Position numbers and translations under genes: made by a program. The notes beneath the pieces are model-generated. The model saw nothing but the letters and a program-made list of their open reading frames with translations. It ran no database searches and had not been told where the DNA came from. A stretch of DNA of 64,000 nt, from assembly GCA_951406725.2 (NCBI GenBank), contig OX597838.1:31186001-31250000 (forward strand), written 5' to 3'. Shown here one piece after another: positions 20,469-34,790 of the stretch (position 1 is the first letter of the stretch; each line of letters begins with the position of its first letter). Source of the stretch: Octopus vulgaris (taxonomy: Eukaryota).

Positions 20469-20655
20469 TATATATATATACATATAAATACATATATACA
20501 GAACGGGCTCCTTTCAGTTTCCGTCTACCAAATCCACTCACAAGGCTTTGGCCGGCCCGAGGCTTTAGCAGAAGACATTTATCCAAGGTGCCACGCAGTG
20601 GGACTGAACTCGAAACCATGTGGTTGCGAAACAATCTTCTTACCACACAACCACA
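20160..20655 (-). mobile_element. SINE family A copy
   Basis: Reverse complement of the 14523 element with an internal CA/TA tract. Confidence 0.85.
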
Positions 20656-21759
20656 CCTTCACCTATATAAGTATATATATATTTTTGTACCCTCATTTCT
20701 GTATGTTTTGGTATGTTCTGATGTTGGATATATTGCCTTTATATTCGCACACTCTCACCCACCCCCACACATCTTTTAGGTTTCACCTGTTTCAGTCATT
20801 TGACCGTGGCCATGCTGGGACACCGCCTTGAATAATTTCCAGTCGAATGTATTGACTCCAGTATCTATACTTTCTTTAAAGCATGCTATCCCTTCTCAGA
20901 ATCCTGTATGCCTTGGCCATAGGACCATTTTCTGTTATTTAATCCATAACTAGAACCCTTTATATATTCCACCACCTTGAGCCAGAATGAACAAAGGAGT
21001 CGGGGATGACCAAAAAGTAATTCCTTACTTCCCCAAAACTCTTGAACGCTCAAGCTGGAACCTCGCCATTGATCCCAAATTTTTCAAAAGCTAAGTTCGT
21101 TGTGGGGGATTTAAGAAGTAAGACGGCTAATTTGCATAGTACTCAGCTCACGTGACTGAACCACCTGATGAACTTGTCCAATGTTGTCGTCAATAAAGGA
21201 CGTGTCTGGGCATGCATCTCAACCATGATTTGATATTTCTGTACGCCATATTTTCCCGCAACCATTCGAGCGCTCAGCGCTCCTCAAGAACAGCAGTTCG
21301 TGAGATGGTTGTGATATATAAACAATTTTGAGTAGGGACCGGAAAGAGACGTATGAAGGCGAAATACACATGCGCATACTGGATTCATAAAAAAGAAGAG
21401 AAGAATAAAAACATGATGCATCTCAAAATAACAAGGGAAGAAACGAAAAATGACGCAATGCGACTGTCTAACAAGATATATGATGGTCTCGATGCTATGT
21501 CTGACAGCAATTATCACGCAGCTTTGCCGCAGTTATCTTGTTAATTTTCGATCAAACTGTGACAGCCCAAACACAAAAATATATATATATATATATATAT
21601 ATTGTTCCTGTACTGACCTTGGAACGGCTTCAGATGATATCTTGGATTGCAACGCGATGAGTTCGTATCTCGCCAACGTCATTTCCAATTTAGTTTTTTT
21701 CAAGATCGATGAATAAAGTACCAGTCTAATACTGGGGTCGATTGCTCTCTATTTCTGTC

Positions 21760-22663
<904 letters not shown>

Positions 22664-22942
22664 TTCTCTTCCTTTCTCTGTTTCTCCCAAGAAGTAATCG
22701 ACGAGAAAGGAACTTGCACCTCCATATTTAAAATTCCCCATGACAGACTGTTTGTCAACTCACAAACCTACGATTCCATTTGGAGGGTTGGGCAATGCCA
22801 AACATACAGACCCTAACACAGAACCCCCTAATCACCAAGAATAATAACGCGTTGGAAAGGGTCATTACCGCGCTATAAAATCATTGATCCATGGACTTAT
22901 ATCTACGTCCAACCCCCGAGATTTGGCAGCTTTTAATAATCG

Positions 22943-23710
22943 TGGTAGTGGCGGTAGTAGTAGTGGTGGTGGTGGTGGTGGTGGTAGAGCTAGTGGTGGG
23001 GATGTTGATGGTAGTGGTGGTTGTGGTGGTAGAGGTAATGGTAATAGTGATGGCAGTGGTGGCGCGATGGTGGTCATAGTGTGAGTGGTGGTGGTGGTGG
23101 TGGTGGTAGTAGTTGTGACGGTGGACGTAGCAGTGGTAGTGATGCGGTAATGATGCCGATGGTGGGGTGGTAGTGATGGCGATGGCGGTCGTAGCGTTAA
23201 TGGGGGTGGTGATGGTGGTAATATCGATAGTGGTGGTAGTGGTAGTGGAAGTGGTGGCGACGGAGGCGGTGGTTGTGGTGGTGATGGTGGTGGTGGTGAC
23301 GGTGGTGGTGGTGGTGGTGTTGGTGTAGGTGGTGGTGATGGTTGTGGTGGTGGTGGTGATGGTGATGGTGGTGGTGGTGGTGGTGGTGGTGGTGGTGGTT
23401 GTGGTGGCGGCGGCGGTGGTGGCGGTGGTGTCGGTGGCGGTGTGGCGGTGGCGGTGTGGCGGTGGCGGTGTGGCGGTGGCGGTGGTGGTGGCGGTGTGGC
23501 GGTGGCGGTGGCGGTGGCGGTGGCGGTGTGGCGGTGGCGGTGTGGCGGTGGCGGTGTGGCGGTGGCGGTGTGGCGGTGGCGGTGGTGGTGGCGGTGTGGC
23601 GGTGGCGGTGCCGGTGTGGCGGTGGCGGTGCCGGTGTGGCGGTGGCGGTGCCGGTGTGGCGGTGGCGGTGCCGGTGTGGCGGTGGCGGTGGCGGTGGTGG
23701 CGACGGTAGT
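22943..23710. repeat. G-rich (GGT)n grading into (GGCGGT)n and a higher-order 20-mer repeat
   Basis: Read directly. Confidence 0.9.
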
Positions 23711-23756
23711 AGAGGTGATGATGACCAACGAGAAGGACAGGAAGCAAAATCGAGAC

Positions 23757-23790
<34 letters not shown>

Positions 23791-24148
23791 TGAGACTGAG
23801 AATCTGAAAGAGGAGGAGACGATTATATAACGGCAGAGCATAAAGACGGGAGTAGGAGAGATGAAGGGAAGGATGAAAACAAGAAGATGAGACTTACATT
23901 AGCGCTAATCGGAGGCGGGGGGGGCGGGGCGGGGGTTGGATACAAGTTCAAGAGTGGAACAAAAATGGTTTTGTTTTATTATCACTTAATTGACTTCTAC
24001 TTCTTAAAGTGTAAAAAACCATCTTTAGGGAACTTGGATTATCTGGTTTGGGGGTTCTGTACCGCAGCCGTTGCATTGATCGCCCAGTTATTATTACACG
24101 TACGTCCATGGAATGAGTACATACATAAATGCATGACTACATACGCAC

Positions 24149-24181
<33 letters not shown>

Positions 24182-24543
24182 CATACATACATACATACAT
24201 ACATACATACATACATACATGCATACATACATGCATACATACATACATACATACATGCATGCATACATACATGCATACATACATACATACATACATACAT
24301 ACATACATACATACATGCATGCATACATACATGCATACATACATACATACATGCATGCATACATACATGCATGCATGCATACATACATACATACATACAT
24401 ACACATACATGCATGCATGCATGCATACATGCATACATACACACACACATACATACATACATACATACATACATACATACACACACACACATACATACAT
24501 ACATACATACATACATACATACATACATACATACATTCATACA

Positions 24544-24574
<31 letters not shown>

Positions 24575-24596
24575 GTGCATGATGCTTACCTATACA

Positions 24597-24747
24597 GGAG
24601 TGGCTGAGTGGTAAGTAGCTAACTTACCAATCACATGGTTCTGGGTTCAGTCCTACTGCCTGGCACTTTGGGTAAGTATCTTCTACTATAACCTCGGGTC
24701 GACCAAAGCCTTGTGAGTGGATTTGGTAGACGGAAACTGAAAGAATC

Positions 24748-24799
<52 letters not shown>

Positions 24800-24950
24800 C
24801 CCCCGGACTTAGTCTTTGTAAGCGTAGTACTTATTCTATCGGTGTCTTTTGCCGAACCGTTAAGCTATGGGGACATAAACGCACCAACATCGGTTGTCAA
24901 GCGATGGTGGGAGACAAACACAGGTACACAAACATACACACACAAACATA
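24597..24950. mobile_element. SINE family A halves in opposite orientation around a (TA)n tract
   Basis: 5' half on + (24597-24750); 3'-body fragment on - (24797-24950). Confidence 0.75.
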
Positions 24951-24954
24951 TACG

Positions 24955-25060
<106 letters not shown>

Positions 25061-25335
25061 ATTTTGTTGAAGAGATTCTCCCCACGCAGTGAGTTGTAGT
25101 GAAGAAATATACAAGAAAAGAAAGAAGACGCTCACAATTTATATATTTTTCGTATATTTTAAAGGATGGATTATTATGATAGTCAACCGGTTTCACATTT
25201 CGATAATCATGACATTGAAATTGGTAAAAGTGATGAAATTTCGTATTTTCTTAAGGAGTTTTTAGTCCCTGTTGCTTGTATGAGAGTGTGTTTCTAAATG
25301 AACCAGCACGTAAAATATGCGTATATATAAATGCA

Positions 25336-25393
<58 letters not shown>

Positions 25394-25546
25394 TGTGAAT
25401 GTGAATAGGCTGAGGCCTTGTGCTTCATCTGGTGAATTTATGTTCAAAAGAACCTGGATTTGATTTCCCGATCAGGTAATATAGTTTTTCCTTGAGCAAG
25501 GTACTTAAGTTCATGCTGTTGCATTAACACACACATACATACACTT

Positions 25547-25578
<32 letters not shown>

Positions 25579-25714
25579 ACACATAATAGTGACCCAGGTA
25601 GCCTAGAATAATTTCAGAGACACTTCACACAAAAAGCTCCGGTTCGGTTCCAAGACATGTAAAGATAATTAGAGATAGACAGAAAGTATAGATAAAGAGA
25701 CAGATATATGTATA

Positions 25715-25755
<41 letters not shown>

Positions 25756-25782
25756 AAATAAATATAAGAGAGTGTTCACTAT

Positions 25783-25882
25783 NNNNNNNNNNNNNNNNNN
25801 NNNNNNNNNNNNNNNNNNNNNNNNNNNNNNNNNNNNNNNNNNNNNNNNNNNNNNNNNNNNNNNNNNNNNNNNNNNNNNNNNN
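25783..25882. other. Assembly gap (100 N)
   Basis: N run. Confidence 1.
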
Positions 25883-26491
25883 GGTTAAGGGCTATGCAAT
25901 TAACACTTCCAGATCTCGCTAATGGTTTATTTCTTTATCAGTCAGATTTCTGCAATGATCAAACAATTTGTTTGTTAAAAGTATAAACAAGACTGCTGGC
26001 TTTGTTTAGGCTCAGATTCCCAGCTGCTTCCTGATGAGACAACTCGAAACACCTACATTGCAGAAAATATATGATACATAAACTTCCTGTAGGTTTGAAA
26101 CAATGTTTTTGAATTTTTAAAAAAACTTGTGGTGTCGGTGGAGAGGACGACAGTAGAGCTTGCAGGGGCCCCGGTGGAAGACTGGAGGGCGCATGTGCGT
26201 GGGGAAGCGGAAGCGGTCAAGCGGGACGCACGTGTTGCGATCGAGGAAGCAGCAATTCGAGCAGAGACAAGGAAGCGACTGGACGTGTCGAGTTTGTAAG
26301 AGACCTGATCTTCGCCGAGGTAAGACCTGTTTGTATTTCTTCTTCTCCTTCTGTTGTCCTCTTCATCCATCACACCACAAAACTTTTAATAGTCTTTAAA
26401 CATTGCAACAGTATCAAGTATTTTTTTACACACACACACACACACACACAATGCTACAGCTGAAGTCATAGGTTCCTACTTTTACATATTT

Positions 26492-26720
26492 GTTTCTTTA
26501 TTGCCCACAAGGGGCTAAACAGAGGGGACAAACTAGGACAGACAAAGGGATTAAGTCGATTACATCGACCCCAGTGCGTAACTGGTACTTAATTTATCGA
26601 CCCCGAAAGGATGAAAGGCAAAGTCGACCTGGGCGGAATTTGAACTCAGAACGCAACGACAGACGCAATACCGCTAAGCATTTCGCCCGGTGTGCTAACG
26701 TTTCTGCCAGCTTGCCGCCT
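26492..26720 (-). mobile_element. SINE family C, full length
   Basis: Reverse complement of aggcggc.agctggcagaaacgttagc...gccccttgtgggcaataaagaa. Confidence 0.9.
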
Positions 26721-27399
26721 ACTTTTACATATTGAATCCTATTTCTGCTATTTCTACCATCAAGTGTGTACAGGTGTTAACAGGTATACTCGCACATATT
26801 TACCAGCCAAAATAACTCACATCGACCGAGTAAAGATGTCGGGAGGGATCCAACAGCTGCAAGACATTGTATTTGTGTCCAAGATGAGACTATTTTAAAT
26901 CCAAAACAAATTGAACCTATACCAGCAAGTTTCTCAACAGCCTGGAACCACCTGCAGTGGTCACTTCAGACATATACAGAAAAAAGTTCAATTATTCTTT
27001 GAAATAACTTCTATGTTCTACATTCGTACAATCATACGAGATGGGTTTTAAACAGATTAATTCAAAAGAATTTTTCAAAAATTTCTTTTACCCATTTAGT
27101 TTCCTGGCTGTAACTATTTTCAAAGCTTCTTTGCAAGAAGTATATGCTTCAGACATAGGAGATTGCAATCCTCCACAAGAACCAGGAACTGAGGTTAGAA
27201 TTTAGCAACGGAGCTAGTATTAGGATTTAGGGATAAGTTTTAGGCTTGTTGCTAGCACCTGGAATTAGAAGTTACAATCAAGATTACAATAAAACAGGAA
27301 TTGGGGGGTTAGAAATATTCTCATTTGAGCACATTTTGCAGAATCAAAATCTGTTTATTACATGGATATCTGAAAAATATTCTTTGAAAATTTTACCAG

Positions 27400-29310
27400 T
27401 GAGTCACCCGTAACTCCCGGAGAAAAGAATCCGTCAGTGTTGCCTAAAAAATTAAGTTTTGCAGTGGCAGCTGGTGAGAAAAAAGACATAACTATAGAGA
27501 AAAGGGAATTCTCCAAGTATAAAGAGACACTAACAAAGGAGGGGTGAGAGGTTAAAGTGGCCCCTCCAGTCAGCATAATAGAAAACAAAACTGTACAAAA
27601 CATTCAACGTAAAAAGCAAAAAATAGATAAGTTGTCTGAAGAAGCAGAGAAGCGTCTAAAGCTGATATGGCAAAATATCACTAACCAAATGACAGGAAAA
27701 AGGTTTATGATGATTGAAGTAAGGATGGCTACAGAGAAGGCGAAACATCACAACCTTAAAAACAGAATTCTCCTCCCCACTTATATGGGAAGGAGAACTT
27801 CAAGAATAAAAATAGTGAATATCCTACAGGAAGTGGATGCTGCCTGGTTAGTGGCAGCCACAACCATAGACCTGGAGGAGAAGATTACACTCCAAGCTAC
27901 AATTACAGAAAAACAGAATTGGAAGGGGCAAAGCCTCGATATCTGGATACAAATAGAGCCCCTGGGACTGGAATACTGGAGGTGATTCAGGTAGGAAAGG
28001 CCGGATTGGTCAACTCCGTAGAAAGACACCAGACCACATAAGGGCCGAGTGCAACCCTCCTCAGGAAGATCCAGATGAGGAAGAAGGAAGAAAAAGCAAC
28101 AACAACTGAACCCAGAACAACTCCAGAAAGCAGCAAAGAGAGAGGGGAAGGGTGGTCAACAGTGAAATGAAAGATCCCCCAAACCTCCCCTTTGAAATCT
28201 ACCAACAACAACCGTAAAATTAAGAGAACAAAGAAACCACCGACTAAGATGGACAAATTAATGGACAACTTGATGGAAGTGAGAACATCAAAGAGGCTAT
28301 TAAGCCTTTTTGCAGTCACCCTGAATGCCAAACGGATGGATGAACACCCATCAAAAGACAAAATTATAATTAAAAAGGATTTCGGGGATGATGTAGGCCC
28401 ATTGCAGAAAGATTTCTCGCCGCTAACATTCGAAGGCCTACCTCCTCCAACCCCACAAGCCCGTGGAAAAGAAAAAGAGGTGGATGAAAATCCACCTCCC
28501 ATCACTGATTAAGGTCAGTCACAATGGCTATTCATGTTGGTTGTCGAAATGTATGTGGCCTGACGTCAAGATGGAAGCAAGGGCGCTTCCTAAATGACAT
28601 CAGGTCACATGATTTGACTGTAATTGTTGCAATTGAAACCTGGTTAAATCTGCTCCTGGTTATGAGAATTTCATTTCTCCAGGCCGTTCTTTGGGCAGAA
28701 GTGGGGGTGTTGGTCCTTTTAAAAAGAAAACGGGTTTCAGAGAAAAGGTCAATTTTTTTCTGATCCAGAAGATAGGCTGGTCATCATGGGCTTAATAGCC
28801 TGCTTGATGTTCAGTTGTGGAAAGACTATCAGACTGATTGGAATTTATGCACCTCATTCAATTGGTCAAAGTGAGTATTTTCGTGACCTGGAGAAGTTTC
28901 TGGGTACATACATTCACTAGGTCTTGTCCCTGTGTTGGAACTAATTATAGGGTTAGAGGATAAACCTAAGCACTAATGTCTGTTTCATACTGTTGTTTTT
29001 CTTTTTTCTTTTTTTTTTCTTCCTGTTTAGTCTTCAGAAAAGACATTTTAAAAGGGGAGTTCAAAATAATCCATGCATGCTTCACAGATTGTATTCGAGC
29101 CAACATAGTTACAATTTATAGTGTACACAAATAGAAATTGGTAATCCTTGCTTCCATGATCTGCTAAGTCACCTTCAGCTAGCAGATCTATATATACTGG
29201 AATTCCCTAGCACTCCATTGTGGATATGGTCGAGCAGTGACGGGTCTTCCAGGTCAAACAGACAGGATTTTAATTAAAGAAATAGACAGAAATAAATCTA
29301 AGCGTCCGAA
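27400..29310 (+). mobile_element. Degraded Tx1/L1-like LINE: ORF1 plus start of ORF2 (APE endonuclease)
   Basis: ORF1 relic (LLPTYMGRRTSRIKI) is homologous to 39500-40882. ORF2 from 28524 (MAIHVGCRNVCGL...DLTVIVAIETW...IGIYAP) carries APE endonuclease motifs; frameshifted and truncated. Confidence 0.75.
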
Positions 29311-30509
29311 GACACTGGATAACTTCCAGAGGTGTTTCCCCCCAAAGATTTCTAACTCGCATCACCTTGTGATGTTACTGTTGGGTACCAGAGTCTTCTA
29401 ACCTTGCAGATTTTAGCCTGTGTGGGAGGCAAGGTTAGAATTGTTACTGCATTGGGCAAAATGCCTTGCAGCGCTTAGTTACTGTCCTATATGCTTTTAG
29501 GTTGAATCTTTTCAAACTCAACTGCTAGAGAAGTTTAAAGAGTACCAGTCAAATTCCGAGGGCAATAGGATCGACTCTGGCCCTCTCCCCAAGAGCCTTG
29601 AGCTGAGAATACCAGCCATTTCATAGCAACTCCCAAGACAGATCAATGTAACCAGTTCTGTGTAAATAAAGTCTATGAAATTCTAAAAGACTTCTCAGAA
29701 AATAGCCTTAATCCAAATGCTTTTGTCCAGCTTTGTTGTTCAATTGAATAAGAATTTTGGTACAAAGCATATTTCCCTTTGATAATTTATTCAAATGAAC
29801 AGCAGAAAATTGTGAAACAGTGAAAGTATAAATATTTGAAGCCACTGATTCAGCGGAAATTTGACTGCAATTGAATCAGAACAGCAACATTGACAGGAAT
29901 AATTCAATAAGTTCCTCTCCAGTGTTATTAGCGATGCCAATAAACCGAAAAAATTCTGCTAATCATATTACATCAAGGTTTTAATCGTGTTGCTCACTGC
30001 AGAGGCAATGAGGAATCAATGCGGATGCTGGAGGTCACGTTTGTTAATGACATAATATATACTCCATCACCACTTACACCTTGTCAGACATCTTGCCATA
30101 ATGAAACCAGATCAGAGCCAATCTATAGATCAATATGGTATAATTGGTCAATTGCTTTCAAGAGATTACAAGCAATGGCAGCGGAAGAACATACTTCAAG
30201 CAATTCACAACGTATTCTTATTCTCTGTCAGCTCTAAATAGTGTCTGCTAAAAATGAAAGCCATCTCTCACTCAATCCAGCGATTGAACAATTTCAATGT
30301 TCTGAAACCTCACAACTACGTTTTGTGTGTGAGAGAAAGAGTTAATGTTGCCTCAACCGAATATATTTACAGAAGAAAGATTCATTGTAAATATAACCAA
30401 CAGGAGTGGAAATGAAGCGGGTGGGGGGGCACTAAAAATCCCCCCCCACACACACACACACACTTCCAACAACATCCACAATTAAGGTTAGGAGTTTCAT
30501 GGCTGCTTT

Positions 30510-30860
30510 CTAGACAATGGTGTTTAGGGAGGCAAGTAAAAAAAATCCCTTATAGACAGTGGCGTTCAAGAAGATTGAAAGTTACTCCCCATTCCCCATT
30601 TAGGGAGCCGAGGATATTCACTCAAGGAAGTGGTGTTTAGGGAGCTACCTAAACTTTTATACACTCGGGTGTTTAAGGTGTTCTGAAGACCTCAAGTTAG
30701 ACATCTACTCTAAACAATAATTCTTATGGAGTTAACACTATAGACAATATTTAGGGAGCTAAGCAAACTCCTTATAGAGTATTTAAGGAGCTGCATAAAC
30801 ACTCTAGACAATGGTGTTTAGGGGGATACATAAATACCCCTACAGACAATAGTGTTAATG
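30510..30860. repeat. Degenerate minisatellite with core tagacaatggtgtttaggga
   Basis: Several imperfect copies of the core at irregular spacing of tens of bp. Confidence 0.55.
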
Positions 30861-31937
30861 GAAATAAACCAGTGGTTCCCATTTGGGGTGTTTTGTAGCT
30901 CCTGAGCGCATCATTATCAATTTGGAGTGTCGTGAGGATCTAAATTTAATAAAATTGATAAAAATGTTCAGCCGATTGTGTATGATTTCTACAGACAGTT
31001 ATCTTCATGATGTATCCAACTGGTTTATAGTACAATTCATTTAGCAGACGAATAAAATATCGCAGCTGGTTAAAAAAAAACCCGCTTTTTTGTAATTCAT
31101 TCCAATTTTATACACAACTCGTGGAACAAAAAACTTTTAATACAAGGGCCAGAGACACGCTTCATACCAGCTAAGAGATGGCACTATACATTCCTATAGT
31201 GTTTCAAATAGGATCACGTTTTCTGTACCTGCAGCACTGCATCAACTCGCAAAGATGCGAATTCACTTTCTGGGAAACCTTACAGGTGAAAATTTGAATT
31301 AGAAATTGCCCATTCAAGCAACTGAATCCAAACTATCGACACAAATTGAACTAATCCGTAGCGAACGTAAGCTTTTGGACAAAAGTTTTTGTTTATAATA
31401 TACGGCAACCCAGCTTGGGGTAGTGTCAAGAAGTCAAAACAAGCAACTATAACCGAGGAAGGAGGATGGAGAGGGGGAACACTGGAAATGAGCGTCCAAG
31501 CGGACATGGAAATTTTGGAAAATTTATCGGAAACTATTACGATGGGTGACATAATGAGAGTATGGGTGGAAGGCAGAGCCCTTCGATGCTTTGAATGTGG
31601 CCTGAAGGGCCATGTAAGAGCGAATTGCATTACACCAGCAAAGGAATCAAAGAAACGAAAGAAACAAACACCCCCAGTAGGGGCAGAAGGAAACAGCAGA
31701 TGAAGAGAGAGAGACGAGTGAAGGAAGATGAAAAAGAATGGGAATACACAGGAAAAAGAAAGAGGCGGAAAAGGAGAAAGGCAAGTGACTGAACCCCAAC
31801 CCACCCCAGCACCACCCACACCCTTTGCAGCAGTAAATAATTAATCGGAAACTGCCTTTACAACAAAAACAACGAACCAGAAATTTAACAAACAAAACAT
31901 CGCTTCGTCTTCGGACACACATACACAAGGATCCAAA

Positions 31938-32672
31938 ATGGCGACCCCTGTCGCCGTACAGATGAATCTACACCCGATCGTGAACTGGGACTCCGATGAT
32001 ATCGTGGAAGCATTCAAGAAATTCAAACAGAAAACTCAACTAGCTTTCAGAAGTTTCCTGAAAGGCACGACTGAAGATGAAAAGGTAAGCTACATCCTTT
32101 TATGGATGAGAGAAAAGGGCCTAGACCTATTCAATAGCTGGAACATGTCAGAATCTGATTGCAATAACCCAGACACACTTTTAGAGGAATTTGAAAGGCA
32201 CCTAGAGCCCAGATCGAACCATAGAATTCACAGATACGAATTCCAGGGCCTAAAACAAGACCCACAAGAAACGATTGACAATTTCCTGTCCAGACTAAAG
32301 AACGTTGCAGAAAAATGCAAATTCAAAGATAAGGACGAAAGAATTGTTGATCAATTAATATGGGGGTGTACTCATAAAGAAGTCCAGAAATCCCTCATAG
32401 GTAAGGACGCTCTCCAGTTGATAGAAGCAGTAGACACTGCAAGAGCATTCGAAGCCACTACCAAACAAATGGCCTCACTTACCTTACAAACAAGCTCACT
32501 AGGCAGCAGTGTAGATATTGTATCTAGGCACAGGACGAAACATACCCGCAAACAAAGAACATGCCAGTACTGTGGTACAGAGCATGAGTTCGACAACCGG
32601 AAGAAATGTCCTGCATTTGGTACACACTGCAAAGCATGTGGAAAACTTAACCACTGGGGGGAAAATGTGTAG
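31938..32672 (+). CDS. gag: Ty3/Gypsy LTR retrotransposon gag (frameshifted after the knuckle)
   Basis: NW..FK.K, FQGLKQ...ETIDNFLSRLK..AEKC.F, DQLIWG and CQYCG..H..CPAFG.HCKACGKLNHW motifs. Downstream aspartic protease motif KIDTGA near 32866-32883. Confidence 0.85.
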   Translation: MATPVAVQMNLHPIVNWDSDDIVEAFKKFKQKTQLAFRSFLKGTTEDEKVSYILLWMREKGLDLFNSWNMSESDCNNPDTLLEEFERHLEPRSNHRIHRYEFQGLKQDPQETIDNFLSRLKNVAEKCKFKDKDERIVDQLIWGCTHKEVQKSLIGKDALQLIEAVDTARAFEATTKQMASLTLQTSSLGSSVDIVSRHRTKHTRKQRTCQYCGTEHEFDNRKKCPAFGTHCKACGKLNHWGENV

Positions 32673-33081
32673 GCTAACAAAATCCCAGAAAAACAAGCCC
32701 CAATTTTCAAAGAGGAACGGAAATAGAAAAAGAGATATACATGCCCAACAACAAGAACAAAACACCTCAGAGGAGGAATTCTTGGCAGTTGGCACAATAA
32801 ATGTGCACAACGATACGAATACAAAAGCAGTCTGGCAAGAAACGAATGAACATTGACTTAAGGCTAAAGATTGACACTGGAGCCCAGAGTGATATCTTGC
32901 CTGTCAACCTTTACAAAAAGATGTTCCCAGAACACATGAGGATAAAGTCAAAGAAGGAATCCTCGCACCAAGTGATGTAATCCTCACTGCGTACGGAGGT
33001 ACCAGGACTCCACAACTGGGCAAAACAACAATCACAGGGACACACAAAGGAAAAATAATCAAGTGTTCTTTTTATGTCACA

Positions 33082-33220
33082 AGAACTGTCAACATTCAGT
33101 GTAGTGATACATATATACCCTAGACACAGTTCGTACTGTTCACTAACAAAATAGTGCCAAAAGTGGGGATGTATTCTACACACGTATACCTATGTATGCA
33201 CATAGATATGAATGTGTAAC
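33082..33220. mobile_element. Partial LTR matching the solo LTR at 47952-48513 in reverse complement
   Basis: tagacacagttcgtactgttcactaacaaaatagtgccaaaagtggggatg...gtgtaaca is the reverse complement of 47952-48040 and continues into 48397-48422. Confidence 0.8.
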
Positions 33221-33374
33221 ACTACCCATTCCCCATCAACAAGAAAATAGAAGACGAGCACACAGATTAACTCGCAACACTCCCGTCCAGTAGAACATTG
33301 TGTAGGAATTAGTGACGATGAGGATGTGGTTGAAATTTTAAAGGATTGGGGTTAAAGTCGAATTACCTGATGGC

Positions 33375-33765
33375 TGGAAAGAGGGAATGGAAAGAGGGAA
33401 TGGAAAGAGGGAATGGAAAGAGGGAATGGAAAGAGGGAATGGAAAGAGGGAATGGAAAGAGGGAACGGAAAGAGGGAACGGAAAGAGGGAACGGAAAGAG
33501 GGAACGGAAAGAGGGAACGGAAAGAGGGAACGGAAAGAGGGAACGGAAAGAGGGAACGGAAAGAGGGAACGGAAAGAGGGAACGGAAAGAGGGAACGGAA
33601 AGAGGGAACGGAAAGAGGGAACGGAAAGAGGGAACGGAAAGAGGGAACGGAAAGAGGGAACGGAAAGAGGGAACGGAAAGAGGGAACGGAAAGAGGGAAC
33701 GGAAAGAGGGAACGGAAAGAGGGAACGGAAAGAGGGAACGGAAAGAGGGAATGGAATGAGGGAAT
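33375..33765. repeat. 13-bp minisatellite (GGAAAGAGGGAAY)n, about 30 copies
   Basis: Read directly; expanded inside the ORF1 C-terminal region. Confidence 0.97.
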
Positions 33766-34203
33766 GGAAATGGTGTTGACAGACAATCAGGTGACGGAGC
33801 TTGAAAAAGAACTTAGAAACGTGTATTTGTTAATAAGGGGAAGGTTGAAACTGGAAAGGAGGGACGAACTTGAGAAAATATATGGGATAAATCTAGGGGA
33901 CTACGTGGTTTTTCTCATTGAAATAGGAAAGAGGACAAGTGATGTTGACTGATGGGGCAGCTAACATCACTTTCATCTCATTTTCACCCTTCTTTTCATC
34001 TCTATCATACGATTTTTTTAATGTTTTGTGTCCCCAATGTATTGTAATGTCCCCTCTGTGTAAAACCTTATGGGGAATAAAAAAACGAGTGTCAAGAAGT
34101 CAAAAAACATGCATTGAGCATTGTATCAAAGGCTCCCAGAGGATCCCACTGTCGGATAGTAAATACTAAACATTTATGAAATATAAGATAAATTAAAATG
34201 TAT

Positions 34204-34483
34204 ATGTAAAGTATAGAAGCCATCTTATCATGGCTAACCACATTGGGGAGGGGGTGTTACTGTAGCTTTATAGCCCCAAGAGATCGTCAAAATCCCGAAA
34301 CTAGTTCGAGCGTATCACTCAGGCTTGCGAGGAAGGGATGGCCTCCCTTTGCAAATACTCCAAGGGCACTGATATTGTGTCTAAAGCCAGCTAGAGACGA
34401 CGATCTCTTGGGGCTGTAAAGCTACAGTAACACCCCCTCCCCAATGTGGTTAGCCATGATAATATGGCTTCTATACTTTACAT
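34204..34483. mobile_element. MITE with about 85-bp terminal inverted repeats
   Basis: atgtaaagtatagaagccat...caagagatcgtc (34204-34288) is inverted at 34399-34483. Confidence 0.8.
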
Positions 34484-34689
34484 TATCGAGCGATTACTGT
34501 TTCAATCTCATTCTGAGATTTAATTATGCCTAAAATGTATACGATGCATATAAAATACAAAACCACATCAAAAATACAAATCCCAAACTAGGCGAAAAAT
34601 ATGGGGAAAGCGGAACAAGAAAAACGAAGAAAGGTAAAACACCAATTCATCACCAAGCGCCTCAGTTTGTTGCTCACCACAAGGTTCAA

Positions 34690-34790
34690 CATAACTTACT
34701 GAAGCCAACACGCTCACGCAGCATTTTCACGGCCGGTGGCGAGGTTAAGGCGTTGGAATAGCCAAGCACCCTCATGGACATCATCCGACG
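34690..34790 (-). mobile_element. CRE-like LINE C-terminal fragment
   Basis: Minus frame EGAWLFQRLNLATGRENAASVL matches EGAWLFQRISLA near 50070. Confidence 0.6.

Larger units (their letters stand above)
31440..34087 (+). mobile_element. 5'-truncated ORF1-only non-LTR element (copy B), interrupted by a Gypsy fragment
   Basis: RVWVEGRALRCFECGLKGHVRANC zinc knuckle. ORF1 C-terminus resumes at 33221. 3' tail gtcccctctgtgt...ccttatggggaataaa. 18-bp TSD agtgtcaagaagtcaaaa at 31422-31439 and 34088-34105. Confidence 0.8.

Noticed and set aside
26125-26395. GC-rich short frame (...VEDWRAHVRGEAEAVKRDARV...*)
   Set aside because: No start, splice signals or recognisable domain; possibly a truncated retroelement end but not assignable.
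29690-30370. Possible decayed DNA-transposase sequence on -
   Set aside because: Multiple stops and no motif I can identify with confidence.
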